This document shows, in pieces, positions 36,380 to 46,483 of a stretch of 64,000 nt of DNA; position 1 is the stretch's first letter, and every line of letters begins with the position of its first letter. The notes under the pieces were generated by a model. The model ran no database searches and was not told where the DNA came from. It saw only the letters and a program-made list of their open reading frames with translations. Origin of the DNA: Candidatus Ozemobacteraceae bacterium (GTDB lineage Bacteria > Muiribacteriota > Ozemobacteria > Ozemobacterales > Ozemobacteraceae); contig OZ223236.1 in NCBI GenBank assembly GCA_965140445.1, positions 1,472,001-1,536,000 of the forward strand, written 5' to 3'. The translations under genes were made by a program, and so were the position numbers.

Positions 36380-39142
36380 TTACTTGTCAAGCTGCTGCTT
36401 GAAAGATTCGAGCTGTTCTTTAAGAAGATCACCAATTGTATCAGAGAAGCCAGTTTCTGACTGAGCCTGATATTTTTGGAGTTCTTTTTTGTCGCTATCC
36501 ATCGCTGCTTCTTTGATTGAGAGTTTCAATCTGCGATTTTTTCTATCAAGTTCAAGAACTTTAAAATTAACTTTGTCACCCTGGCTTACTGCTTCTGAAG
36601 GTGAGTTAACTCTTTGATTTGAAAGTTGAGAGATGTGGATGAAGCCAACGATATTTTCGGCAACTTCAATTTCAGCGCCGTTATCAAGAAGTTTAGAGAT
36701 TTTTCCTTCATGAACTGATTCTTTAGGGAATTGTCTTTCAATTTCTTTCCATGGATCATCAGCAAGTCTTCTAAGAGATAAACCGATTTTCTGTTTTCCC
36801 TTATCAACTTCATAAACCATAACTTCAACCTGATCGCCCACTTTAAGAACTTCAGATGGATCACCAACTTCGTTCTGCCATGAGAATTCAGAGATATGGA
36901 GAAGGCCTTCGATGCCGTTTTCAAGTTGAACAAAAGCGCCATAGCTTACAAGGTTTTTTACAACGCCAGTAACTTTCTGACCAATTTTGAACTGACCTTC
37001 AACTGCTTCCCATGGATCAGTCATAGTCTGTTTGAGACCAAGAGAGAGTCTATGGTTTCCAGTGTCAACGTTAAGGATCTTAACTTTAACTTCCTGGCCT
37101 TTTTCCAATACTTCTTTTGGATGGTTAACTTTTCTTACCCAATCCATATCAGAAACATGGAGAAGTCCTTCAATTCCATTTTCGATTTCAATGAAAGCAC
37201 CAAAATCTGTCATGTTGTTTACTTTACCAGTTACAACATCACCAATTTTGTATTTGGTTTCAATTTCGTCCCAAGGATGTGGAAGTACTTCTTTGTAAGA
37301 AAGAGAAATTCTCTTTTTATCTTTGTCGATTTCTTTGATTACAACATCAATTGAATCGCCAGAAGTAACAACTTCCTGTGGATGTTTTACGTTTCTTGAC
37401 CAACTAAGGTCAGAAATGTGAACAAGGCCTTCAACGCCTTCTTCTAATTCAACGAAAGCACCAAAATCCATCAGGTTTTTAACTTTTCCAGGGTATTTCT
37501 GACCAACTTTGTAACGATCATCAACGCTTTCCCATGGATTGTCTTTTTTCTGTTTCAAGCCAAGGCTGATTTTGCCTTTTTCTTGATCCATTTTCAGGAT
37601 TTTTGCTTCGATTTCTGCGCCTGGTTGAACAACTTCTCTTGGGTTAGAGATAACTGACCAGCTCAGATCGTTTCTATGAATGAGACCTTCAACGCCATCG
37701 CCGAGATCAACAAAAGCACCGTATTCTACTATTCTAGAAACAGTTCCCTTGATAAGATCATCAGTTTTGAAGTTTTCGAAGATTTCGCCTTTGCGTTTAT
37801 CTCTGATTTTGTCAAGAATTGCTCTTTCTGAAACAACAACGTTCTTGCGTCTTTTGTCAAATTCAGTAACAAGCATTGGGAAAGTTTTTCCGATGCTTTC
37901 TTTAGCATTCTTGCCATGTGAGAGCTGGCTTTGTGGAAGGAAAGCTCTGATTCCTTTGATATTCACATTGTATCCACCTTTGATGCGTTCTTTAATAGTC
38001 GCTTCAACAGGTATCTTTTTGGTGAATGAATCATGTATATCATCCCAGGCGCCTAATTCTTTTGCTCTGCGATAGGAGAGCAAAAGCTGGCCGTGACCAT
38101 CGTCAATACGTTTTACGAAAACTCTGATTTCGTCGCCGACTTCAAAAGGTTTGTCTTCGCCCTGAATTTCTTCATGGGGAACAATTCCGTCTGATTTGTA
38201 GCCTAAATCTACATAGAGGCCGGTCTGATTCTTTTCGATGATGGTCCCAGTTACAATCGCTCCCTTGGAGATGGTTCGGATTTCATCACTATTGAGAGCC
38301 TCCTCCATGGTCATTGGCGCGTCGTCCATGGCCTGACTTTCTTTAGTTTCCGATTCTGTTTGTGTCAAATTGACTTCTTCCATACGTTCCTCCATTGGGC
38401 TCATGTTGTCCCGGGTATTAGTTGCAATATCGATAATCCGGTCTATAACCTGTTCGATTGATAGAGCGGTGGTATCCAGTAAAACTGCTCCCTCTGCCTG
38501 AATAAGAGGGGCTACTTCGCGATTTGAATCAATTTCATCACGTCTTGCAATATCCTGCATTAGTGTTTCAAGATTTGCTTCAAATCCTTTATTTTTAAGG
38601 TCTAGCAGTCTTCTTTGAGCTCTTTCTTCAATTGAAGCGGTTAAAAATATCTTAACTGGAGCATGTGGAAATACCACTGAACCTATATCACGACCATCTA
38701 CAACCCATTTGCCTTCTGAGCCAATTTTTCTTTGCAGGTTGGTCATGCAATCTCTTACATTAGCATCAGCTGCAATGTAGGAGACATTTTTTGCTACTTC
38801 CGGAGTTCTGATTTCATTCGTTACTTCCTGTCCGTTTAAAAATACGGCTGGAAGCGGCGAATTTGCCTTTTCTTTAAACTGAATCTTGCTTTCATGGGCG
38901 CACTTGTTTAAGCCAGCCTGATCTGAAAAATCCAGACCTTCTTGCATGACTTTATAGGTTACCGCTCTATACATTGCTCCTGTATCGAGGTAACAGTAGC
39001 CAAGTTTTTCTGCGACCATTTTGGCTACAGTGCTTTTGCCTGCTCCTGCTGGCCCATCAATTGCTATGACTTCACATGTAGTAACTTTTTGCTGGGTTGA
39101 ATTCAAGACTAGTTCTAGACTCCTTAAATTCGCTGAAGACAT
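36380..39142 (-). CDS. cmk-rpsA: Cytidylate kinase fused in frame to ribosomal protein S1 (seven S1 domains)
   Basis: Cmk motifs IAIDGPAGAGKST, LDTGAMYR, VDGRDIG, IFLTASIEERAQRR; then S1 repeats; internal GGAGG-N5-ATG at 38383. Confidence 0.92.
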   Translation of the reverse strand: MSSANLRSLELVLNSTQQKVTTCEVIAIDGPAGAGKSTVAKMVAEKLGYCYLDTGAMYRAVTYKVMQEGLDFSDQAGLNKCAHESKIQFKEKANSPLPAVFLNGQEVTNEIRTPEVAKNVSYIAADANVRDCMTNLQRKIGSEGKWVVDGRDIGSVVFPHAPVKIFLTASIEERAQRRLLDLKNKGFEANLETLMQDIARRDEIDSNREVAPLIQAEGAVLLDTTALSIEQVIDRIIDIATNTRDNMSPMEERMEEVNLTQTESETKESQAMDDAPMTMEEALNSDEIRTISKGAIVTGTIIEKNQTGLYVDLGYKSDGIVPHEEIQGEDKPFEVGDEIRVFVKRIDDGHGQLLLSYRRAKELGAWDDIHDSFTKKIPVEATIKERIKGGYNVNIKGIRAFLPQSQLSHGKNAKESIGKTFPMLVTEFDKRRKNVVVSERAILDKIRDKRKGEIFENFKTDDLIKGTVSRIVEYGAFVDLGDGVEGLIHRNDLSWSVISNPREVVQPGAEIEAKILKMDQEKGKISLGLKQKKDNPWESVDDRYKVGQKYPGKVKNLMDFGAFVELEEGVEGLVHISDLSWSRNVKHPQEVVTSGDSIDVVIKEIDKDKKRISLSYKEVLPHPWDEIETKYKIGDVVTGKVNNMTDFGAFIEIENGIEGLLHVSDMDWVRKVNHPKEVLEKGQEVKVKILNVDTGNHRLSLGLKQTMTDPWEAVEGQFKIGQKVTGVVKNLVSYGAFVQLENGIEGLLHISEFSWQNEVGDPSEVLKVGDQVEVMVYEVDKGKQKIGLSLRRLADDPWKEIERQFPKESVHEGKISKLLDNGAEIEVAENIVGFIHISQLSNQRVNSPSEAVSQGDKVNFKVLELDRKNRRLKLSIKEAAMDSDKKELQKYQAQSETGFSDTIGDLLKEQLESFKQQLDK

Positions 39143-39165
39143 CTATCTTACAGCTAGTGGCCGTT

Positions 39166-39194
39166 AATGTACACTATTTTGAAGAAAGTTGCAA
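39166..39194 (-). promoter_or_regulatory. Putative sigma70 promoter for cmk-rpsA
   Basis: TTGCAA-N17-TACATT. Confidence 0.5.
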
Positions 39195-39234
39195 GAAAAA
39201 TTGAAAAAAAATGGCGTAAAATGTTTTTTACGTC

Positions 39235-40524
39235 CTAATTCAGCTTCTTTAACGCGTTAAAAAAATCTGGCCATGAAATTTCTACTATTTCTGGGTTTTT
39301 TACTAAAATGCTGGTTTTTCCTGCTGCTGCCATTACCGAAAGAGCCATTGCTATTCTATGATCAGATTGCGAATCAATGAAATTTGGCGAGGAAAACTCC
39401 GCTGATCCAACAATTTTGAATCCATCTTCGAATTCGACGAAATCAATTCCAAAGTTAATCAATCCGTTTTTTAGAGCAGAAATTCTATCACTTTCTTTGT
39501 ATCTTAATTCTTTGGCGTCGGTAACAGTGGAGTTCCCGTTAGCGCAGGCCATCGCAACTGCCAGAGCTGGAATTTCATCCACAAGCAGTGGGATTTGTTT
39601 ACCTCCAATTTGTATGCCATTTAGATTTGAAGCCTCAATAGTTACTGTACCGGTTTTTTCAAGAAAGTTTGTTTCAGGTTTATCTGGAATAATCGAAATT
39701 TTTGCTCCCATTTTTTCCAGGACTGACAAAAACTCAATTCTGGTCGGATTTAGCAAGCAATTTGAAAACTCAATCCTGCTTCCTGGAATTATTGCAGCTC
39801 CAACTCCTAAAAATGCTGCAGAACTAGGATCGCCTGGAACATTGAATTTCCAGTTTCCGGAAATTTTTGTTTTTCCAGAGATAATTATTTCTTTTTCTGA
39901 TGAAGAAATTTTGAAGCCCAGCTTTTCCAACAAAATTTCAGTATGATCTCTGCTTTTTACTGGCTCTATTATTTTTGTAGTTCCGTTTGCTTTTAAGCCT
40001 GCAAAAATTAATGAACTTTTTAATTGGGCTGAGGGTATTGGCAGGCAATATTCAATGCCTGTCAGGTTTTTTGTGCCAACAATTCTTATTGGAAGTTTGT
40101 CCTGGTCGCTTATACAAGATATGTTTGCGCCCATTGAACGAAGTGGAGTGACTACTCGTTTCATAGGCCTCTGGCTTAAAGATTGATCGCCGTGAAGTTC
40201 AAAGTTTCCTTCTATACCGGATAAAATCCCACAAAGTAATCTTGCGGTGGTGCCAGAGTTCTGGCAATTAAGAATTTTTGTTTCCGCTGGATTGTCCAGG
40301 TTATGGGAAGTCAGTTCTATGTGATTCTGCGTTACAAATTTAACTTTCACCCCTAAACTTTTCACAATTTCCAAGCTGGTGAGAACGTCCTGACAGTTTG
40401 ATAAATTGGTGATTTCGATTTTCCCCTTTACTAGAAGTGATGCCAAAACCAATCTATGGGAAATAGATTTGTCTCCCGGTAAATTTATTTTTGCGGAAAA
40501 GGGGGATAGGGGAGAGATTATCAT
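39235..40524 (-). CDS. aroA: 3-phosphoshikimate 1-carboxyvinyltransferase (EPSP synthase)
   Basis: PGDKSISHR, NSGTTARL, SAQLKS, RDHTE, ELRYKESDRI, DHRIAM. Confidence 0.96.
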   Translation of the reverse strand: MIISPLSPFSAKINLPGDKSISHRLVLASLLVKGKIEITNLSNCQDVLTSLEIVKSLGVKVKFVTQNHIELTSHNLDNPAETKILNCQNSGTTARLLCGILSGIEGNFELHGDQSLSQRPMKRVVTPLRSMGANISCISDQDKLPIRIVGTKNLTGIEYCLPIPSAQLKSSLIFAGLKANGTTKIIEPVKSRDHTEILLEKLGFKISSSEKEIIISGKTKISGNWKFNVPGDPSSAAFLGVGAAIIPGSRIEFSNCLLNPTRIEFLSVLEKMGAKISIIPDKPETNFLEKTGTVTIEASNLNGIQIGGKQIPLLVDEIPALAVAMACANGNSTVTDAKELRYKESDRISALKNGLINFGIDFVEFEDGFKIVGSAEFSSPNFIDSQSDHRIAMALSVMAAAGKTSILVKNPEIVEISWPDFFNALKKLN

Positions 40525-41822
40525 TAAATTGGTTTTCCAAGCATGATTGCAAGAATCTGGTCGTCGGTTTCTACCATTCCAGGGGCGGCAATTCTTCCAA
40601 TATTTGCCAGGCTCTCTTCAAGTGTGTCGCCTAATACGCCATTGGTTGTAGGCAGCTTAAGTCCCTGTCTTGACATTAGTGCCGCTTGAAATGCAGAGTC
40701 AACAGCACAAACAAGCTTTATAGCACAGCCAACTTTTGCACCATCACAAATAATTCCTGTGATGCTTCCAACCATATTGTTTATTGCAGCTGTTGCCATT
40801 TCAAGGTTCCCGTCCAGAAGGTAAATTGCTCCTGCTGTCAGACCAGTTCCAGAACAAACCACACATCCGCACATTGCAGAAAGAGTTCCAGTGTGATGTT
40901 TGAGAATACTGGTTATTCCGTGACTTATTGCCAGAGCTTCAGCAAGTCTCTTGTCACTTGCTTTAAGGTGGGTTGCCAATGAATATAAAGGTAATGTAAT
41001 TGAAAGCCCTTGATTGCCTGATCCGGCTGATGTCATTACGGGAAGTTCACATCCGGACATTCTTGCATCTACAGCAGCCGAGGTAAGGGCTTTGGCTTTG
41101 TTTACAATATCATTGCCCAGCCATCCTTCATTGATCAACTTGTCATAGATATTGCCTATCTGCAAGAATCCATCTTTGCCCTTTCCAGCTTCAGCCACTT
41201 TAAGGTTCATCTCAACCCCTTTTAGGAGGTGCTGTCTTGTTTTTTCTGAAAGCTGCTCAATGCAATTCCAGATTATTGAAAAGTTTTGTTTGGCAAGTGC
41301 CTCTCTGGCTACCAGGATTTCGTCTGTTTGTTTTTTCTTATTATCTTCAGCCGATAGAATAATTTCTCCATTTTTTTCCAATAGAGTTAGATTCTCGTGG
41401 CTTCCTTTGATTATTGCTCTGCCATAACCAGACTCGGACTGAGCTCTAACTTCCACAAATAACCCCTGTATTCCGGAAGCAAGGTCTAGTTTTATGCGAT
41501 TGTTTTCTACCAGTTGTTTAGCTTTATTTAACCAGTTTTCATCAACACCTTCGAGCAGAGTCAGGTCGGGTTTGCTTTTTCTGGCATAGCAACCAAGTGC
41601 TGCGGCAAGGTAAATTCCGCGTTCGCCGTGGGTGCCTGGAATACCGACTTCCATAGCGTTTTTGAAAAGATTTGTAGATAGACGAATTTCAATTTTTCTT
41701 ATTGGAGGTTCTATTTGTCGGCAAGCAAAGGCAGAGGCCAGGGCGATAGTTATTGGCTCTGTGCAGCCAAGAGCAGCTTTTACATCAATCATGATGGTCT
41801 TTTCTAATTGGTTTATGCTCAT
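40524..41822 (-). CDS. Serine dehydratase alpha-like / UPF0597 (YhaM/CyuA-like cysteine desulfidase) protein
   Basis: ALGCTEP, KNAMEVGIPG, DARMSG...VMTSAGSGNQG, LSAMCG, ICDGAKVGCAIK. Confidence 0.85.
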   Translation of the reverse strand: MSINQLEKTIMIDVKAALGCTEPITIALASAFACRQIEPPIRKIEIRLSTNLFKNAMEVGIPGTHGERGIYLAAALGCYARKSKPDLTLLEGVDENWLNKAKQLVENNRIKLDLASGIQGLFVEVRAQSESGYGRAIIKGSHENLTLLEKNGEIILSAEDNKKKQTDEILVAREALAKQNFSIIWNCIEQLSEKTRQHLLKGVEMNLKVAEAGKGKDGFLQIGNIYDKLINEGWLGNDIVNKAKALTSAAVDARMSGCELPVMTSAGSGNQGLSITLPLYSLATHLKASDKRLAEALAISHGITSILKHHTGTLSAMCGCVVCSGTGLTAGAIYLLDGNLEMATAAINNMVGSITGIICDGAKVGCAIKLVCAVDSAFQAALMSRQGLKLPTTNGVLGDTLEESLANIGRIAAPGMVETDDQILAIMLGKPI

Positions 41823-41939
41823 ACTTGAACCTCCGTTTTTAGGAATCTAGCACGCAATAAATTCCTTGAAAAGAAATTTTGATTATCAGAAAGAAAAAAG
41901 TCGCGCAAATTTGTTAGAATGAAAAAAATTGGAGGCTCT

Positions 41940-42893
41940 ATGAAGAAAAACACTTTAGGCTCAACTGGATTAAAAGTAACTCAACTTTGTTTTGGAACTC
42001 TTACTATGAGCCCAATGCAGAGAGATCTGTCTCCAAAAGACGGTGGAAGCTTGATTATGTATGGTTTAAGAAGCGGGATTAACTTTATTGATACAGCTCA
42101 AATGTATGGTTCTTATCCACACGTTAAAGAAGCTCTTCGCAGTTGGGGAGGAGAACGACCGGTGGTTTCTTCTAAATCAGCAGCGAAAGACAGACCTACG
42201 ATGAAAGCTGCAATTGATGAATGTCTTAATGAAACAGGATTGGATTATATTGACATCTTTTTGTTGCATGCTGTGAGGGATGTTGGAGATTATGACTCAA
42301 GAGCAGAAGCTTTAAAAGCTTTGCAAGAAGCTAAGCAGGCAGGAAAAATAAGGTTTATTGGTGCAAGTTCACATTCTGCCAGGACAATAGACTTTCTTTC
42401 ACACCAAAAAGAGATTGATATTTTGCATCCCATGTTTAATAAAGATGGAATTGGAATTCTGGATGTTGAATTGTCTGAAATGAAACAGATTTTAAGATTT
42501 GCTAAAGCTGCAGGAAAAGGAATTTACGCTATGAAGCCACTTGGTGGCGGACATTTAAGAAATAGCGTGCAGGAATCCCTGGAATGGGTCTTTAAATCAA
42601 ATTGTGTTGATGCTGCTGCCGTTGGTATGACCACTATTGAAGAAGTTCAAATGAATGTAGCTATTTGCAGAGGTGAAAAAGTCGATTCGGATTTTGCTCA
42701 AAGAGTCGCAGGGCAACCCAGAAGATTGTTTATTAATGAAGGCATTTGTATTAATTGTGGAAAATGCATTGCTGCCTGTCAGCAGAAAGCTTTGGTTAAA
42801 GGAGAAAAACACCCTCAAATTAAACATGAGCAATGTGTTCTGTGCGGATATTGTGCTCCAGAATGTCCCAAGTTTGCTATCAGAATTATCTGA
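41940..42893 (+). CDS. Aldo/keto reductase with a C-terminal 2x[4Fe-4S] ferredoxin domain
   Basis: GINFIDTAQMYG, LDYIDIFLLH, AMKPLGGG; CINCGKCIAAC and CVLCGYCAPECP; GGAGG SD before ATG 41940. Confidence 0.88.
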   Translation: MKKNTLGSTGLKVTQLCFGTLTMSPMQRDLSPKDGGSLIMYGLRSGINFIDTAQMYGSYPHVKEALRSWGGERPVVSSKSAAKDRPTMKAAIDECLNETGLDYIDIFLLHAVRDVGDYDSRAEALKALQEAKQAGKIRFIGASSHSARTIDFLSHQKEIDILHPMFNKDGIGILDVELSEMKQILRFAKAAGKGIYAMKPLGGGHLRNSVQESLEWVFKSNCVDAAAVGMTTIEEVQMNVAICRGEKVDSDFAQRVAGQPRRLFINEGICINCGKCIAACQQKALVKGEKHPQIKHEQCVLCGYCAPECPKFAIRII

Positions 42894-42921
42894 GCAAATT
42901 TTTCGTTGCATTGAGTAAATT

Positions 42922-42958
42922 AAAAAAGCTCCCAGGCTAATGCCTGGGAGCTTTTTTT
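42922..42958. terminator. Bidirectional intrinsic terminator
   Basis: AAAAAAGCTCCCAGGC-TAAT-GCCTGGGAGCTTTTTT between convergent genes. Confidence 0.88.
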
Positions 42959-42973
42959 CAGGATTACTAGAAC

Positions 42974-45757
42974 TTAAAAGGCGTCAAATCCACCGCCAGA
43001 GCTTTTAGTTTCAGCTTTTGGCTCTTCGGATTTAGCTTCATCCTCAGCTTCATCTTTTTCGTCGTCTGCAACAGTTGCTTCGTCTTCATTTTCTGTTGGA
43101 GTCGCTGCTGGGGTTGTCATGCTGTCAAATCCGCCAGTCCCAAAAGAGTCTTTGGCAGGTGTTTTGGGTTCTTCTTTTTTAGTATCTACTGCGTCAAATC
43201 CACCGCTACCAAATCCGCCAGTGCTTTTTGCTGCAGGTTTTTCTTCTGTTTTGGAAACAGTTGCAGTTGGCTTAACTTCGCCAGCTTTAACCTCAGGCTT
43301 TTGAACAGGAGGATTAGTAACAAGTTCTTCTTCATCTTCTGGAAGAATAATATCTTCAGTTCCCATAAGTGGGTCTTCTTCAAAGATGGAGCTGGTTGAA
43401 GCTTTCTTTTCTACTTCTGTTAAGCTTGGAAGTTTTACTTCTTTGGCACTTAAAAGCTTTTTGAATTCTTCTTTGTAGCGCATTTCGGTAGGATTGAAAC
43501 CAAGGTAGAACTGGATATTTGGTGAGTAACTGACTGTTAAACCAGCAACCACAACCGCAACCATACTCATAAGTTTGATTAGGATGTTAAGAGATGGTCC
43601 AGAAGTATCCTTGAAAGGATCTCCAACGGTGTCGCCAACAACCGTAGCTTTATGGTTGTCAGAACCTTTTCCGCCAAGATTACCAGCTTCAACATACTTT
43701 TTCGCATTGTCCCATGTTCCGCCAGCATTTGCCATCATGATCGCAACTGCAAAGCCACATGCAAGTCCGCCTACCAGCATACCCATAACGCCAGCTACTC
43801 CAAGGAATAGGCCAACGATGATTGGTATAATGAGAGCTAAAAGGCTCGGAGCGATCATTTCTTTCTGTGCGCCTTTGGTTGAAATGTCAACACAGGAAGC
43901 GTAATCAGCTTTAACGCCTTCTTCGCCTTTTAATAAGCCAGGAATTTCTTTGAACTGTCGGCGAACTTCTTCAACCATGCTATGGGCAGCGCGGCCAACA
44001 GCTTTCATTGTCATGGCGCAGAATACAAAAACAAGCATAGCTCCAAGGAATACACCAACAAGTACTAGTGGATTCATAAGGTTTACATTGTAGTAAGCCA
44101 TGAAGTCGCCCATTGATGCTTTTGCAATTGGAACAGCGGTTTGCGGACCAGAGAAAATGTATTGATCCAGTTGATCACCGCTATAATTTGCTACGCGAAG
44201 GAGACCAATTCTGATTTCTTCAACATAAGCGCCAAGAAGAGCCATTGCTGTGAGAGCAGCAGAACCTATTGCAAAGCCTTTTCCTGTGGCAGCTGTGGTG
44301 TTGCCAAGAGAATCAAGTGCATCAGTTCTTTTTCTTACTTCAGGTCCGAGTTGAGACATTTCAGCGTTTCCGCCTGCGTTATCCGCAATTGGTCCATAAG
44401 CATCAGTAGCAAGGGTTAAACCAAGAGTTGATAGCATACCTACTGCAGCGATACCAATTCCATAAAGACCTTGTGCCGGATGATTGAATCCATCTGCAAA
44501 GCCGTATGAAAGAAGGATTGCAAGGCTGACTGTGATTACTGGGATACCAGTTGAAAGCATGCCTGTAGCCATACCTTCAATGATAACCGTCGCAGGGCCT
44601 GTTGTAGCCTGTGCCGCAACTTCTTGAGTTGGTTCGTAATCAGAAGAAGTGTAGTATTCAGTTGCCCAGCCAATAATAATACCGGCCATCAAACCGGTAA
44701 TGATTGAGCCGAGAATATAAAAATGCTCTGGAAGGAGTTTGTAGGTTAAGAACGCACTACCAAGAGCTGTTAAGGCAGAAGAAACATTGATTCCTCTTCC
44801 AAGAGCGCCCATGAGGTCTTTTTGTGATGCGTCTTCATCTGTGTTTACAAAATAAATACCGATGAGGGAGAAGAGAATTCCGCTTCCGGCGATCGCCATA
44901 GGCAACATGATTGAGTTTAGCTGATATTTTGCAAGCTCTCCATGTGCAAAGGCTGAAGCTCCAAGAGCTGCGGTGGCGAGAATTGAACCACAATATGATT
45001 CATAAAGATCCGCACCCATCCCAGCTACGTCACCAACGTTATCTCCTACGTTGTCTGCGATAACAGCAGGGTTTCTTGGATCATCTTCTGGAATTCCTGC
45101 TTCAGTTTTACCAACAAGATCAGCTCCAACGTCAGCGGCTTTTGTAAAAATACCGCCACCTACACGGGCAAAGAGTGCTTGTGAACTCGCACCCATACCG
45201 AATGTAAGCATGATGGTTGTGATTTCCATGTAATCATGAATAGCAAAGATACTATCTTTAAAAACAGTTTCTTTTACTGACATGGCCCATGTAAGAACTC
45301 TCCACCAGATTGAAATGTCAAGTAAGCCAAGACCAACAACAACAAAGCCCATAACAGCACCACTTCTGAAAGCTACCTGAAGTCCCTGATTAAGAGATTT
45401 TGAAGCGGCTGCAGCTGTTCTGTTGCTTGCATGTGTTGCTGTTTTCATTCCCAGATACCCAGATAGGCCTGAGAAGAAACCACCGGTTAAAAACGCAAAT
45501 GGAGTCCAAGGACTCTGTACTTTCAAAACAAACGCTAAGAATGCGAAGAATGCAAATGCAATTACAAAGAAAATTCCTACCACTTTGTATTGCGCCATCA
45601 AATAAGACATAGCGCCTTCTTTGACATAACCTGCAATTTCTTGCATCTTTTCTGTTCCCTGATCTGACTTGATCATAGAGGAGAAAAATACCCAGGCAAA
45701 AACCAGAGCTACGATTGCCCCAATTGGTGCCATCCAAAAAAATAATTGAGCGTCCAC
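42974..45757 (-). CDS. hppA: Membrane-integral K+-dependent pyrophosphatase (probable Na+,H+-PPase type) with a ~185-aa C-terminal extension
   Basis: [54 protein letters not shown] before GTG. Confidence 0.95.
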   Translation of the reverse strand: MDAQLFFWMAPIGAIVALVFAWVFFSSMIKSDQGTEKMQEIAGYVKEGAMSYLMAQYKVVGIFFVIAFAFFAFLAFVLKVQSPWTPFAFLTGGFFSGLSGYLGMKTATHASNRTAAAASKSLNQGLQVAFRSGAVMGFVVVGLGLLDISIWWRVLTWAMSVKETVFKDSIFAIHDYMEITTIMLTFGMGASSQALFARVGGGIFTKAADVGADLVGKTEAGIPEDDPRNPAVIADNVGDNVGDVAGMGADLYESYCGSILATAALGASAFAHGELAKYQLNSIMLPMAIAGSGILFSLIGIYFVNTDEDASQKDLMGALGRGINVSSALTALGSAFLTYKLLPEHFYILGSIITGLMAGIIIGWATEYYTSSDYEPTQEVAAQATTGPATVIIEGMATGMLSTGIPVITVSLAILLSYGFADGFNHPAQGLYGIGIAAVGMLSTLGLTLATDAYGPIADNAGGNAEMSQLGPEVRKRTDALDSLGNTTAATGKGFAIGSAALTAMALLGAYVEEIRIGLLRVANYSGDQLDQYIFSGPQTAVPIAKASMGDFMAYYNVNLMNPLVLVGVFLGAMLVFVFCAMTMKAVGRAAHSMVEEVRRQFKEIPGLLKGEEGVKADYASCVDISTKGAQKEMIAPSLLALIIPIIVGLFLGVAGVMGMLVGGLACGFAVAIMMANAGGTWDNAKKYVEAGNLGGKGSDNHKATVVGDTVGDPFKDTSGPSLNILIKLMSMVAVVVAGLTVSYSPNIQFYLGFNPTEMRYKEEFKKLLSAKEVKLPSLTEVEKKASTSSIFEEDPLMGTEDIILPEDEEELVTNPPVQKPEVKAGEVKPTATVSKTEEKPAAKSTGGFGSGGFDAVDTKKEEPKTPAKDSFGTGGFDSMTTPAATPTENEDEATVADDEKDEAEDEAKSEEPKAETKSSGGGFDAF

Positions 45758-45822
45758 CTGTGACCTCCTTTAGTATACTTGGCCTAAATGTCGAATCCTC
45801 ATTCTTTCCTTACAAACGTTTA

Positions 45823-45851
45823 AAAATATCGCCACAGTGTACAGTTGTCAA
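45823..45851 (-). promoter_or_regulatory. Putative sigma70 promoter for hppA
   Basis: TTGACA-N17-TATTTT; the -35 lies inside the palindrome CAGTTG-T-CAACTG. Confidence 0.55.
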
Positions 45852-45914
45852 CTGATTCAGTAAAAAAAGTTCTTTTTAGCTTCTTTTAATTTCAAATAAT
45901 GATAAAATTTTTTC

Positions 45915-46451
45915 ATGAGCGAAGAGACAAAAGAAAAAAAGATAGGGCCCGGTCGTTTGCAACGATTCTGCTATGCTGGTGTTTTGCTTGGCTTTATTCT
46001 GGCTCTGCAGATGCTTCGATTACCTAACATCGTTACAGGAGTTGTTGTAAATGCAGTTTTTATTATTATTTTTTACCGATCTGGCTTAAAACTGGCTGTT
46101 GCATCTGGAATGTTAAGTCCTTTTGGGGGAGTAATGACAGGGCATATGCCTGTTACGTTTTATCCGTTGATTCCAGTTATTATTCTTGGAAATGTTGCTT
46201 TTATACTTGGTTACGGATTTCTTGAAAAAAAAACGATTTGGATTCGCGTAATTTTTCCAGCTTTTTTAAAGGCAATGCTTATTGGTATCATCGGACTGGT
46301 TGTCATTAAGCAATTGAACATTGGCGAGAACTTAAAATGGGCAGTTGGAGCCGTTCTGGGGATTCAATTTTTTACCGCTACTATTGGGGTTTTGTTAGCT
46401 GAAAAAACAGAAATAGAACTTAAAAAACGGTCCCAATTAGCAGGACTGTAA
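45915..46451 (+). CDS. ECF transporter S-component-like membrane protein
   Basis: 178 aa with ~5-6 TMs; pattern VTGVVVNA...LSP...P..IPVIILGN...QFFTA. Confidence 0.65.
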   Translation: MSEETKEKKIGPGRLQRFCYAGVLLGFILALQMLRLPNIVTGVVVNAVFIIIFYRSGLKLAVASGMLSPFGGVMTGHMPVTFYPLIPVIILGNVAFILGYGFLEKKTIWIRVIFPAFLKAMLIGIIGLVVIKQLNIGENLKWAVGAVLGIQFFTATIGVLLAEKTEIELKKRSQLAGL

Positions 46452-46483
46452 AAAGACTTATGTGGTTTATTTTAAAGGTAGCA

